DNA of 64,000 nt. Source: Deltaproteobacteria bacterium (GTDB lineage: Bacteria; Desulfobacterota_D; UBA1144; Nemesobacterales; CSP1-2). Positions 37,806 through 47,374 of this stretch are shown here, in pieces (positions within the stretch are counted from its first letter, which is position 1; every line of letters begins with the position of its first letter). The stretch lies in contig JBQTHB010000005.1 in the NCBI GenBank assembly GCA_052390235.1, forward strand, positions 64,001 through 128,000. The letters are read 5' to 3'. The position numbers and the translations under genes are program-made. The notes under the pieces were generated by a model, which worked only from the letters and a program-made list of their open reading frames with translations, had not been told where the DNA came from and ran no database searches.

Positions 37806-39629
37806 CTAAAATTCCGTCCGCACAAAGCCCGCGCCGCCAATGCCAATATCCGGAAGGCTGTCGTCAGAAATATCGCCGAGATTCACCACGACGCTTCCGA
37901 ATCCCGCTCCAGGAGCTGTGTCGCCCGCCAAGGGAAGGGATATATTCGCCTGAGCCGCGCTGAGAGCGGCTGGGAAATTAGGGCGTCCAAAAAACAGATA
38001 CACGCGCGACATTCCCGGCGCTCCTACGGCAAAATCGGCGTTTGTAGGCTCGAAATCAACCAAAAAACCGCTGCTTACGGAATCTGACATAGTGTCCGGG
38101 TTAACGTCTGCGAGGATGGCGACCGATGTTCCAAACCCCCCGCCTGAGCCTGAAATCTGGGACAAGGGCGAGGGGCTAAGTCCCGTAGTTCTCGCTGCCT
38201 CGATTTCGGTTCCCGAATATATGAACACAGCCCCTGAGCCTGAGGGGTTTCCAACGATGAGTTCGTCCCTCTCGTTGCCGCTATTTGTGTCCACGTCGGG
38301 GTCGTCAAGGTCTGCGCCGCCGCCAATAGAGAACCCAAACTGAGACGCGCCCTGAATCACCACAACGCCCGATACGCCTGCGGATAGGTCCCTGCTTGCC
38401 AAATCCCCGCTTCCAAAAATCACATAGGCTCTGCCCGCCCCCGGCGCTCCGACTCCGAGTTCCTCCGTAGAGCCGCTGTCGAGGTTGCCCACTTGCCTCA
38501 GGGCAAATCCGAACATATCCCCCGCCGCTTCGCCTGAGAGAATCACCCTCGCTCCTGCGGCAGAGTTCGCCGAATTGAGGCTACTTGCGCGAAAAACATA
38601 AGCCTTCCCCCGCTGAGATAGGGCATTGGGCGCGCCCACGAGAAGCGCCCTGTTGCCGCCTATGACCCCCGTGCCATCCGAAACGGTAAAGCCGAAGCCG
38701 TCTCCCGCCGCCTCGCCCGTTATGATGACGTCGGCCTCATCTCCCGCAGTGAGATTTATGACAGGCACAAGGTCGCTACTCTCGCCCGTTATGATGAATA
38801 CCGCGCCTGCTCCGCCGTTTGCCCCCGGTGCGCCTATGACGATTTCATCGGCGAAATCCCCCATAAAAGTCCCGATACCAGAGACAGACGCCCCGAACAT
38901 ATCAGCCGCGTTCCCTATAATTACGGCGTCGGGGGTATCGCCGGAGGCGACATCAAAAAAACGGTCTCCGTTCGCGCTCCCCGTGGCAAGGTCGTTGCGC
39001 CCGTAAAATACAAATACCCTGCCTAGACAGGGGTCGCCTATTAGGACATCGCTTATATCGTCGTCGTTGAAATCTCCTCCGCCAATGGAGCGTCCGAAGC
39101 AGCTGCCGCCTGCCGAGCTGGCAAATTGGGCGAACACAAGGGGGGTTGAAACCTCCACTACGTTAGACGGGCTGGACTCGTTTCCGACCTCGTCGCGGGC
39201 GATGATTGCGGCGAAAAATCTCCTTGCGCCGGTTATGTCAATCCTCGGAAAAAGAAACGTCTCAATAGAGCCGGCGGCACTGGGTTCCGGCTCGTCTTCG
39301 ACTTGAGTGGCGTCGTCGAAATTGCTCTGAACGGCTTGCTGAATAGAGGCGAGCGACGCTCCGGCTAGAGAGGGAACGCCGAGAATGGCGGCAACTTCAG
39401 AATCCTCGAAGTAGCGAACGTCGTAAATGCGAACGATGCCCGAATTTCCGTCGTCGCCCGTGGCTGTCCATCCGAGAAGGCGTCCGAAGGCTGAGGTGAA
39501 GTTGGCGATGGCCGCGGGGTCGCTGTCGTCGCCGACTCTAATTCCGCCGCCTCCGCCGCCGCACGAGATGACGAGCGCGAGATGTAGAAAGAGGATTAAA
39601 GCTACTGCCGAGCTGGTGATTGTTTTCAT
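37806..39629 (-). CDS. lipoprotein with FN3-like region and FG-GAP (integrin-alpha) repeats
   Basis: Lipobox ISC, WTATGDDG...YDVRY, and repeated FG..S/V...D...GAP units. Confidence 0.85.
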   Translation of the reverse strand: MKTITSSAVALILFLHLALVISCGGGGGGIRVGDDSDPAAIANFTSAFGRLLGWTATGDDGNSGIVRIYDVRYFEDSEVAAILGVPSLAGASLASIQQAVQSNFDDATQVEDEPEPSAAGSIETFLFPRIDITGARRFFAAIIARDEVGNESSPSNVVEVSTPLVFAQFASSAGGSCFGRSIGGGDFNDDDISDVLIGDPCLGRVFVFYGRNDLATGSANGDRFFDVASGDTPDAVIIGNAADMFGASVSGIGTFMGDFADEIVIGAPGANGGAGAVFIITGESSDLVPVINLTAGDEADVIITGEAAGDGFGFTVSDGTGVIGGNRALLVGAPNALSQRGKAYVFRASSLNSANSAAGARVILSGEAAGDMFGFALRQVGNLDSGSTEELGVGAPGAGRAYVIFGSGDLASRDLSAGVSGVVVIQGASQFGFSIGGGADLDDPDVDTNSGNERDELIVGNPSGSGAVFIYSGTEIEAARTTGLSPSPLSQISGSGGGFGTSVAILADVNPDTMSDSVSSGFLVDFEPTNADFAVGAPGMSRVYLFFGRPNFPAALSAAQANISLPLAGDTAPGAGFGSVVVNLGDISDDSLPDIGIGGAGFVRTEF

Positions 39630-39773
39630 ATAAAGCCCCGAAATTTTTAGAATTCTATGAATTCTACTGGAATATAGGGGATATTCAAATAAGAAATCAC
39701 CTCAGAGCGGGGCGCGCGCTTCTATTGAGCCTCTCTTACCCAATACTGATTCATCGTTTACACTCATGGGGCT

Positions 39774-40529
39774 ATGATAGTGCGCCTCAATAAATTTCTG
39801 TCCATGTGCGGAATTTGCTCTCGAAGGAGGGCTGACGAACTGATTGCCGAGGGAAGGGTCAGGGTAAATGGAGTCGTCGCAGAGGAGTTGGGACGGAGAG
39901 TGGACACCGAAGCCGACAGCGTGCAGGTCGGGGGCAGAGTCGTAAAATCCGAGGCGAAAAGATATGTGGCTCTATACAAACCCCGGCTCTACATCACGGC
40001 TCTGGGCGAAGGGGAGGACGATAAAAAAACCATCGAGGAGTTAATTCGCGGCATTGATGAGCGCGTCTATCCCGTCGGGAGGCTCGATTACGACTCCGAA
40101 GGGCTATTAATCCTCACAAATGACGGCGAGCTTGCCAATAAAATCCATCATCCGAGCTTCGGGGTGTCAAAGGTCTATATCGCCAAACTCAACGAGACGC
40201 TATCGGATGAGGCTATGAAATCCATGCTTGAGGGAGCAGAATTAGAAGACGGATTCGCCAAGCCCGATTGGGTGCGCACTATTAACCGCGGGGGGCAGAG
40301 CGCCTCTGCCGTCGAGATAGCGTTTCACGATGGGAGGAATCATCTCGTAAAGAGATTTTTCGAGCAGTTCGGGCATCGCGTAATGAGGCTCAAGAGAGTG
40401 GCTATAGGCAACATAAAGCTCGGCAGGATGCAAAGGGGCGAGTGGCGGGACATATCCGAAGAAGAGCTAAAAACCCTAAAAGCTCTGCTCAAGCCCAGGG
40501 GTAAATCCCCCTCAAGAGGGGCTGAGTAA
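39774..40529 (+). CDS. rluB: rRNA pseudouridine synthase (RluB/RsuA family)
   Basis: S4 domain (SRRRADELI) and VGRLDYDSEGLLILTNDG. Confidence 0.9.
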   Translation: MIVRLNKFLSMCGICSRRRADELIAEGRVRVNGVVAEELGRRVDTEADSVQVGGRVVKSEAKRYVALYKPRLYITALGEGEDDKKTIEELIRGIDERVYPVGRLDYDSEGLLILTNDGELANKIHHPSFGVSKVYIAKLNETLSDEAMKSMLEGAELEDGFAKPDWVRTINRGGQSASAVEIAFHDGRNHLVKRFFEQFGHRVMRLKRVAIGNIKLGRMQRGEWRDISEEELKTLKALLKPRGKSPSRGAE

Positions 40530-40534
40530 CACTG

Positions 40535-41167
40535 ATGAGCTTTGATATTTTGCTCTTTTTAAAGGGTTTTATTGCCGGCATAGTTATTGCCACTCCCGTA
40601 GGGCCAGTGGCGGCTCTATGCGTTCAGCGCACCCTAATTGAGGGGAAAATTTACGGCTTAATATCGGGATTAGGCGCGGCGGCGGCAGATGCGGCTTGCG
40701 GCGTTATTGTCGTTTATGGGTTTTCATTCATCGTGGACGCGGCGGCGCAGTACGAGCCTTGGTTTCGCATTGCCGGAGGATTGGCTCTGATTTACATCGG
40801 CGCGAGGATTTTTATATCAAATCCGATAGACGGGGCGGCGGCGGCGCGAAACGGAGGCGCATGGAGCGGTTTCCTATCCGCATTCGCCCTGACTCTCACA
40901 AATCCGCTAACAGCCGTGTCGCTCGCGGTAATACTCACAGGACTCGGGGCGCTGGAAGATGAGCCGAGCTATGTATCCTCGATGATTGTGGCTTCGGGGG
41001 TGTTCACAGGCTCGGCGGTTTTGTGGTTCGCGCTGTGCAGCCTTATTTTTCTATTCCGCGAAAAATTCACCCGAAGCAAATTTATATGGCTCAACAGAAT
41101 CACAGGCTCAGCTATATTGATTTTCGGGTTGTTTGCCCTGTCCGGCTGGGTAGCGCTGAGCGGATAA
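40535..41167 (+). CDS. LysE family translocator
   Basis: ATPVGPV, GLGAAAADA and LTLTNP; six TM segments. Confidence 0.88.
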   Translation: MSFDILLFLKGFIAGIVIATPVGPVAALCVQRTLIEGKIYGLISGLGAAAADAACGVIVVYGFSFIVDAAAQYEPWFRIAGGLALIYIGARIFISNPIDGAAAARNGGAWSGFLSAFALTLTNPLTAVSLAVILTGLGALEDEPSYVSSMIVASGVFTGSAVLWFALCSLIFLFREKFTRSKFIWLNRITGSAILIFGLFALSGWVALSG

Positions 41168-41187
41168 CAGGCTCTGCGGGGTAATTT

Positions 41188-41625
41188 TTACTGCAGATTT
41201 GTCTCTTCGGGTTGATAGAAGCTCGGCGGAATGGGCGATGCGTGGTGAATTGTCATGAGCCAGTCCCCGCCGGCGCGCCGCTCGAAAATGTTTGTGGATT
41301 GAGAGATATTTACGGCTACGGGGTCTCTTTTAATATAGGTTATCTGCTGGACACACGTAACCCACGCCACGTCCCCCCTGACCTCCGCCGAGACGTTCAG
41401 AAGTTTAATATCGAGCTGGTCTTCGGGGTCAAAAACATTTTCCCAACTCTGCCTGATAGCCTCCCAGCCTTGGAGCATTATCCACCCCGGATGTACGCAT
41501 CCAGCCGTATGGTCTTTGACCCACACCCGCTCCATTAGGGCTAAATCCCTCGCGGCAAGGGCTTTATAAAAGCTCTGGTTAACCTCCAGCACGGCTTCGT
41601 AGTCCGAGTTCTGCGCCATCATCAT
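41188..41625 (-). CDS. SnoaL-like / NTF2-family protein
   Basis: NQSFYKAL, CVHPGW, GWEAIRQSW, TNIFE and HHAS. Confidence 0.85.
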   Translation of the reverse strand: MMMAQNSDYEAVLEVNQSFYKALAARDLALMERVWVKDHTAGCVHPGWIMLQGWEAIRQSWENVFDPEDQLDIKLLNVSAEVRGDVAWVTCVQQITYIKRDPVAVNISQSTNIFERRAGGDWLMTIHHASPIPPSFYQPEETNLQ

Positions 41626-41686
41626 GAAATTGACCCCTCGATTTAAGTTGGCAAAAGCGGGTTTATTCTATACGCCTAGAGCGCGG

Positions 41687-41869
41687 TTAACAAGAATTGC
41701 CGCGAACAAAAGGAAAAGCCTCGATTCCAGCCGCGCCCATACCCTTTAGATGCCGTTTGTTATGAAACCGCTTGATGAAATTATGATAAAAGTATTCGGT
41801 CTTATGCCTCAAATGTCTCGCTCCAGCGATTATTCTGACTTGTTCCAACAATTTTGGCTTGTTTTCCAT
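41687..41869 (-). pseudogene. intI: truncated integron integrase (N-terminal SAM-like remnant only)
   Basis: MENKPKLLEQVR...RHLRHKTEYFY..FIKRFHNKRHLKGMGAAGIEAF resembles the IntI N-terminus; no catalytic domain; divergent from the cassettes. Confidence 0.85.
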
Positions 41870-41978
41870 AAATTGCTCTTGCGAAACTCCCGAAAATAAT
41901 TTACCCTCACCCTGGCTGTTAGGATTATTACCCCGGATCATCTCAGATAATACATAAAATTCGGTGATTAGAAGGAAT

Positions 41979-42004
41979 GGTTCCGCTCAACTGAACCGTT
42001 AGCT
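41979..42004 (+). other. putative attI with crossover core GTTAGCT (41998-42004)
   Basis: About 130 bp upstream of the intI start and 22 nt before the first cassette ATG; GGTTC-N9-GAACC inverted repeat abuts the core. Confidence 0.6.
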
Positions 42005-42026
42005 AAAAAGACAAACCGCTCGCACA

Positions 42027-43337
42027 ATGACCAAATTTATCGCTAGACTGAGACCATTCCAATTGCTTGCGCTGGGGTTCCTTTCGTACGTCATCATTGG
42101 CGCACTTTTGCTCTCCTTACCGTTTTCTCGGGCGGCCCCTGTGAAGTTTGTGGATAATGTGTTCAACGTGACTTCTGCCATGTCCACCACAGGATTAGCG
42201 ACTGTGAGTGTCGCTGATTCCTATACGTTTTTTGGGGAGCTTGTGTTGTTGATCCTGTTTCAACTCGGCGGGATCGGCTACATGACAGTTACTTCATTCA
42301 TTATTCTTTCTCGTGGGCAGACACTTTCGGCAACCAGAATCAAAGTATTGACAGCGGAGTTTACCCTTCCGGAAGGGTTTCAGATCACGCAGTTTGTAAA
42401 ACATATTATAGTTTTTACTGTATTGATTGAAGCGATAGGGACGACGTTACTCTTCTTTGAGTTCCGCGCCGCCGGCGTTAAAGATACACTCTGGTCGGCT
42501 GTGTTTCACTCGGTCTCGGCATTTGCCACAGCGGGATTTAGTTTGAACAATAACAGTTTAGAGGACTTTAGAGGTAATGGCATCGTGAATGTTACTGTGG
42601 CTCTTCTTTGTTATCTGGGCGCAATCGGCTTTATTGTTTTACAGGATGCCTTCCTTGCTGTGCGCCACCGTGAGTATCGTATTACTTTTACGTCCAAAGT
42701 CATTTTGGGCATTACGGTGGCCATTTTCTTTGCTCTGACACCCCTTTTTTATTTGGTAGAGCCTGCGCTCGTGGGTCTTCCGACTTTTGAACGATTACTT
42801 GCCGCTGCATTTCAAGTAATGACGGCTTCCAGCACGGCAGGATTTAACACCATTCCGATTGGACAGCTTTCAGCTGCCTCGCTTAGCTTGATCATCGGGG
42901 CAATGATCATCGGGGCTTCACCGAGTGGAACGGGAGGTGGGATTAAGACCACTTCGATTTCAGCCTTTGGCGGCATCCTTGTCTCCACCCTTAAAGGAAA
43001 CAAGGTTATCACGTTTTTTGGTCACGAGGTGCCGATGTTTCGCTTGATGACCGCGATTTCTGCCACGGCACTTTATATTATTGTCTTGCAGATCGGAGTA
43101 TTTTTGCTGACCCTGACAGAGCAGCAGGACTCTCTAAAATTGATGTTTGAAGCGGCATCTGCATTAGGAACGGTGGGGTTGAGCATGGGCATTACTGGCG
43201 AGCTATCTCATCTTGGAAAATGGATCGTGATCACGCTTATGTTCATGGGACGCGTTGGTCCACTCACTATAGGATTGGCTCTGTTTCACAGCCCGAAAGA
43301 TGCGGATAACCACCAAAAATCCGATCTGGCTACGTGA
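42027..43337 (+). CDS. TrkH/KtrB potassium transporter membrane subunit (cassette 1)
   Basis: Four pore motifs (STTGL, ATAGF, STAGF, GTVGLS), SPSGTGGGIKTT and MGRVGPLT. Confidence 0.92.
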   Translation: MTKFIARLRPFQLLALGFLSYVIIGALLLSLPFSRAAPVKFVDNVFNVTSAMSTTGLATVSVADSYTFFGELVLLILFQLGGIGYMTVTSFIILSRGQTLSATRIKVLTAEFTLPEGFQITQFVKHIIVFTVLIEAIGTTLLFFEFRAAGVKDTLWSAVFHSVSAFATAGFSLNNNSLEDFRGNGIVNVTVALLCYLGAIGFIVLQDAFLAVRHREYRITFTSKVILGITVAIFFALTPLFYLVEPALVGLPTFERLLAAAFQVMTASSTAGFNTIPIGQLSAASLSLIIGAMIIGASPSGTGGGIKTTSISAFGGILVSTLKGNKVITFFGHEVPMFRLMTAISATALYIIVLQIGVFLLTLTEQQDSLKLMFEAASALGTVGLSMGITGELSHLGKWIVITLMFMGRVGPLTIGLALFHSPKDADNHQKSDLAT

Positions 43338-43407
43338 AGAAAAAACAAGACAGCTTGGACGTTAGACGAACAGGCCGATCGAGCGGAGATGCTGGGGATG
43401 ACGTTGA

Positions 43408-43665
43408 TGCGCAAGGTCAGGACGCAGTCGTGGGCAAAGTCCGCACGGCCAGGGCTTTCACAGGCAGAGGCGGTATGAATACGTTGCGACGGTTCGTGTG
43501 GGCAGGATGGCTGGTGCCGGCGACATTCAGGGAAACAAGGAACTCGAAAAGAAGGCGAAGAACCGAACTGCGGAATTGGGCGGGGATACTGTCTTAATTC
43601 AACCTGAGCAACAAGGTTGGGTGGGGAAAAGCATGGTGGCCGACGCATACAAGTGCAAACAGTAG
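43408..43665 (+). pseudogene. C-terminal remnant of a small DUF4156-like lipoprotein (cassette 2)
   Basis: Open frame ...KKAKNRTAELGGDTVLI...VADAYKCKQ* with no signal peptide or lipobox; ends 13 nt before an attC. Confidence 0.5.
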
Positions 43666-43678
43666 CTCTCAGCTTGCC

Positions 43679-43738
43679 GTGTAACAAAGCGTTGCAGTTG
43701 ACAGCGCTTCGCCGCGCGCCTTAGCATAGTCGTTGGGC
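43679..43738 (+). other. attC site (degenerate, 60 bp)
   Basis: GTGTAAC...GTTGGGC; CGTGTAAC is the near-complement of the upstream core GTTAGACG (43361). Confidence 0.7.
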
Positions 43739-43783
43739 AGATTCTCGTTGCGCTTTAACAATTCGGAAATTTAACTGAACAAA

Positions 43784-43792
43784 TGCTACAAT
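43784..43792 (+). promoter_or_regulatory. extended -10 element internal to cassette 3
   Basis: TGCTACAAT 21 nt upstream of the ATG at 43814. Confidence 0.45.
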
Positions 43793-43813
43793 TACTTTGC
43801 TTGAGGTCAATTT

Positions 43814-44035
43814 ATGATAACGATTACTTTTCCAGACCACGATACTGAAAAACGCGCATTAGGATTTTTGCTAGGGCGTTTCTCCGGACGCGTCTTAAAA
43901 TCTGGCGAGCATCTTATTCCCGAAGCCGCGCTTGAGGCTTTAGCAAATCAAAACATTCCTTTTACAGTTCAAGGCAAATCAACTTATGAACAACAAATTG
44001 CGGCGGTTCGAGATACTACTCCCGTTAGAATTTAA
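43814..44035 (+). CDS. hypothetical protein, 73 aa (cassette 3, gene A)
   Basis: GAGG RBS; overlaps gene B by 50 nt. Confidence 0.75.
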   Translation: MITITFPDHDTEKRALGFLLGRFSGRVLKSGEHLIPEAALEALANQNIPFTVQGKSTYEQQIAAVRDTTPVRI

Positions 44036-44306
44036 CGACGGGCGCGAAGTGCCGCCTGATTGATTAGCCGAAGCTGTTTTGGAGATTGTCAAAAAGTTTG
44101 ACGCGGCGAGTTATGAAACGCAAAAAGTCGAAGGACATTGGCGACATCAATGCGTTTTGTATCGGGACAACTTAGTGAAAATTGTCATTGACACAACGGA
44201 TGAAGAGGCAAACCGCAAGTGGATGCGCGAGTATAAAGCGCGTTGGAAGGAAAAGCTGGAGCAACTTGAATTATGGCTCGTCAGTTACACTGTTGACGTA
44301 GATTAA
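43986..44306 (+). pseudogene. hypothetical protein of 106 codons interrupted by an in-frame TGA at 44061-63 (cassette 3, gene B)
   Basis: MNNKLRRFEILLPLEFNDGREVPPD*LAEAVLEIVKKFDAASYETQKVEGHW...; one continuous frame. Confidence 0.7.
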
Positions 44307-44329
44307 AACGCTTCTCTGATGCCACATTT

Positions 44330-44441
44330 ATCCAATAATTCAATGGACGTGAGGGCAAACGGCGGCTTTGTTATCGCGTTGTGTGGTTTCCCTAAACTTG
44401 CGGGCGGGCGGTTTCGCTCCCCGGCATCTCCGCCGTTCGAT
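44330..44441 (+). other. attC site (113-bp family, copy 1)
   Basis: ATCCAAT...GGACGTGAGGGCAAAC...GTTTCGCTCCCCGGCATCTCCGCCGTTCGAT. Confidence 0.85.
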
Positions 44442-44513
44442 GCTTCGTGGTGTATAACATCGGCTTCAAGTAAAATAGCATTTGGTTTTTATTTTCTTAT
44501 TAATTATTGAAAA

Positions 44514-46676
44514 ATGTATCATTCAAAACTTCGCACACTTCGAGAACTGGCTGAAAATCTGTCAGAAGTTCTTGCAAATGAAAAAACAAATGAACGAGAT
44601 GAGCAATACGTTAGCTTTTTAGACGAACAAGTTGAAAGGCTTAATGACGCGCTCGACAAAGCACAAATACCTGACGAATATAAAGTTGCTATTGTCGGAC
44701 AGTTCAAAGTTGGAAAGTCTTCTTTTGTTAATGTTTTGCTCAATGTCAAAAATCTTGCGTCGGTCAATACCAACCCAGAAACTGCCGCCATTACGATTTT
44801 TCATTATGACGAAAAGGCTTTTGCAAAAGTGCATATGACCGACAAAAACGAATGGGACTCGATTGCAGAACCATACAAAGAAAATCCGAATTATTCAGAT
44901 GATTCCCGATACGGCCAAATCTTCAAACTCGAAAAATCAGGCGATTTGGCGAAAGAACACAAAGTAACTTTGTCGGAATTGGAAGGAAAATACATTTCAT
45001 CACCCGCATACGTTCAGCAAATTGAATGTGAAGATTGGAGTGCATCAAAATCGCAAACCACATTTGTAAAGGAAATCAAAAAGTTTATGTCAAGACGCAA
45101 CCCTGTTCATTATTTGGTTGACCGTCTTGAAGTCAATGTTCCCGCTACGCTTTTGCAAGATGGTATTGAACTGATTGACACTCCCGGACTTAATGATACC
45201 GACCGCTATCGTGTTCGTTTGACCGAAGAATTAGTCAAAGACGTAGATGTAATTTTGTATTTGACCGAATCGGGAAAGTCTTATGCACAATCCGATAAGG
45301 ATTTTATCGTTACACAACTCAGACGCGGTAAAATCAAACATCTTCTTATTGTTGTAACAAAGTGCGATTTAACTTTTGAGGCGGCTAAGAAAGATGCCGA
45401 AGAAAGCGACGATGAGCCGCCGACATTTGAAGAACATTTAGCGACCGAAGAAAAGCGAATTCGTGAGCAAATCAAAAATACTTTGAATGAATTGTTGGAT
45501 GAAACCAAAGACGACGAAAAGGGTTATTTCTTTATTGAGCAGTTAGACGAAGTTGGAATTAGTTTTATTTCAGCGAATTGGTATAAAGAAGAAAATCCTA
45601 ATAGTGGAATCAGTGAATTACGTGAAAGGCTAAAAGAGATGCTGACCCAAAGCCAGCGCATCACCAATGCAAAAGTTATTTTAGAGCGAGTCTTGAATGA
45701 CGTTCTTGATAAGACTAGAACAAACATTCAAGCGCGTTTAGAAATTACTAAATCAACTTTTGACGCTAAACGAGTTCGCCAACAACTTGAAAATATTAAG
45801 GCGGAACTCGATGACAAATTTGATTCTTTTCAGGACTTTGCTGAAAAAAAAGCGAACTTGCTCGCTAAAAAAAACTCTGCTGATTCGGAACTTACCGAAT
45901 CGAAAATAGAAAATATTGTAAGCAGTGCAAAATCTGTTATTGAAGATTACAAAACCGGAGACATTGTAAAGCATTGGAGAACTCGCCGAGTTGGACGTTG
46001 GCTCTACCTGTATGACGTGCAGGAAAAAATTGCCAATAAAATTTTTATCCATGTTCATAGCCTTTTAAAAAGATACGTGGAAAGGTTTCGAGAATTTACG
46101 GACGACCTAAAATCTGAAATGGGAAATCTGCAAAAAGTTATTGCTGAAATTGAGCAAAGTAATCATTTGGAAGATGAAGAACAATCACTCGACCTAATCG
46201 AAAATTTTGACAGAAGATATGCAGTTCAAGAAGATGACTTGCTTGAGTTTATAAATTCTCAAGAACAAAAAATATCGGAACGTCTTGAATCTTTTATCTC
46301 TCACGAAGTAGAAGACAAAATAGAAGAAGCGCGAACTAATGTTTCAGCCGTTCTCGGCACAGGAACCACTTGGAGGCAAGATGAACAGGTGATAAAGTTT
46401 TATTCTTTTTTCAAAGACGCTATTGGCACAGAGTTAAATAAGTTTCTGACGCAGCAAGTCAAAAATTTAGCAAACTCCCTTGAGAAAAAAGCAAAACAAA
46501 TTTACCCGGAATTGAAACTCGACCTTGATAACATCTTGGAGATTAGGCTTAAAGCAATCGAAAGCGGTTTACTTGAGTTAAATCAAAATGAAAAAGAAAC
46601 TTTGGAAAAACGCTTGAAACACTTTTCAACGAGTCTTAAAAGAATCGAGAAATCATTTCAATTAGAAATTGTGTGA
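44514..46676 (+). CDS. dynamin-like GTPase, 720 aa (cassette 4)
   Basis: G1 GQFKVGKS, G2 ETA, G3 DTPG, G4 TKCD, then a long helical C-terminus; AT-rich. Confidence 0.9.
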   Translation: MYHSKLRTLRELAENLSEVLANEKTNERDEQYVSFLDEQVERLNDALDKAQIPDEYKVAIVGQFKVGKSSFVNVLLNVKNLASVNTNPETAAITIFHYDEKAFAKVHMTDKNEWDSIAEPYKENPNYSDDSRYGQIFKLEKSGDLAKEHKVTLSELEGKYISSPAYVQQIECEDWSASKSQTTFVKEIKKFMSRRNPVHYLVDRLEVNVPATLLQDGIELIDTPGLNDTDRYRVRLTEELVKDVDVILYLTESGKSYAQSDKDFIVTQLRRGKIKHLLIVVTKCDLTFEAAKKDAEESDDEPPTFEEHLATEEKRIREQIKNTLNELLDETKDDEKGYFFIEQLDEVGISFISANWYKEENPNSGISELRERLKEMLTQSQRITNAKVILERVLNDVLDKTRTNIQARLEITKSTFDAKRVRQQLENIKAELDDKFDSFQDFAEKKANLLAKKNSADSELTESKIENIVSSAKSVIEDYKTGDIVKHWRTRRVGRWLYLYDVQEKIANKIFIHVHSLLKRYVERFREFTDDLKSEMGNLQKVIAEIEQSNHLEDEEQSLDLIENFDRRYAVQEDDLLEFINSQEQKISERLESFISHEVEDKIEEARTNVSAVLGTGTTWRQDEQVIKFYSFFKDAIGTELNKFLTQQVKNLANSLEKKAKQIYPELKLDLDNILEIRLKAIESGLLELNQNEKETLEKRLKHFSTSLKRIEKSFQLEIV

Positions 46677-46688
46677 TAATAAAGGGAA

Positions 46689-46801
46689 TCAGAACAACTC
46701 AATAGACGTGAGGGCGAAACAGCTACTTTGTTATCACGTTGTCCGTTAAACTCGAAGCTGTGCGTAGGCGGTTTCGCTCCCCGGTATCTCCGCCGTTCGA
46801 T
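46689..46801 (+). other. attC site (113-bp family, copy 2)
   Basis: TCAGAAC...GACGTGAGGGCGAAAC...GTTTCGCTCCCCGGTATCTCCGCCGTTCGAT. Confidence 0.88.
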
Positions 46802-46907
46802 GCTTCGTGATTGAAACGACGATATTTGCTCTTTGACACATTTAAATTTTAGTGCGCGTCTGTGTCGAATCACGGATTTTCGTGCTAGGATTTATTTGAG
46901 GTATAAA

Positions 46908-47135
46908 ATGTTACGAGATATCAAAATTATCGTCGAAAAACATTCTGACGGTTACGTTGCTTATCCGCTTGGCTTGAAAGGCGCAGTTATTGGCGCAGGC
47001 GACACTTATGAAGAAGCACTTTCGGACGTTAAATCAGCCATCCGTTTTCATATCGAAACTTTCGGCGCGGAGGTTTTGAACACTGACGAGCAAGCGCTTG
47101 AGGCGTTCGTGGCAGAAGCGGAAATTTTGGCATAA
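46908..47135 (+). CDS. hicB: HicB family antitoxin (short, no DNA-binding domain)
   Basis: [44 protein letters not shown]. Confidence 0.85.
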   Translation: MLRDIKIIVEKHSDGYVAYPLGLKGAVIGAGDTYEEALSDVKSAIRFHIETFGAEVLNTDEQALEAFVAEAEILA

Positions 47136-47374
47136 TGGCGAAGTTTCCCATTGACGCGCCAAAGGCAAGGGTGCTACGAGCGTTGGCATCGTTGGGTTTT
47201 GAGGTTGTTCGTGAGCGCGAACATATTTCTTTGGCACGAAACAACTCGGACGGAACGCAAACGCCTTTGACGATACCAAACCACGCTAAACTAAAAAGTT
47301 CAACCCTGCGCGGAATTTGCACACAGGCTGGAATCGCCCGCGACGAGTTTTTAAAAGCATATAAGCAAAGTTAG
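47135..47374 (+). CDS. hicA: HicA family toxin
   Basis: [15 protein letters not shown]...TIPNH...[12 protein letters not shown]; coupled to hicB through TAATG. Confidence 0.85.
   Translation: MAKFPIDAPKARVLRALASLGFEVVREREHISLARNNSDGTQTPLTIPNHAKLKSSTLRGICTQAGIARDEFLKAYKQS

Noticed and set aside
43334..43687. ORFs 43334-43597 (+) and 43286-43687 (-)
   Set aside because: They have no protein-like features; the third frame (43408-43665) explains the region better.
44319..44510. ORFs 44319-44510 (+) and 46658-46873 (-)
   Set aside because: They are translations of attC sequence rather than credible genes.
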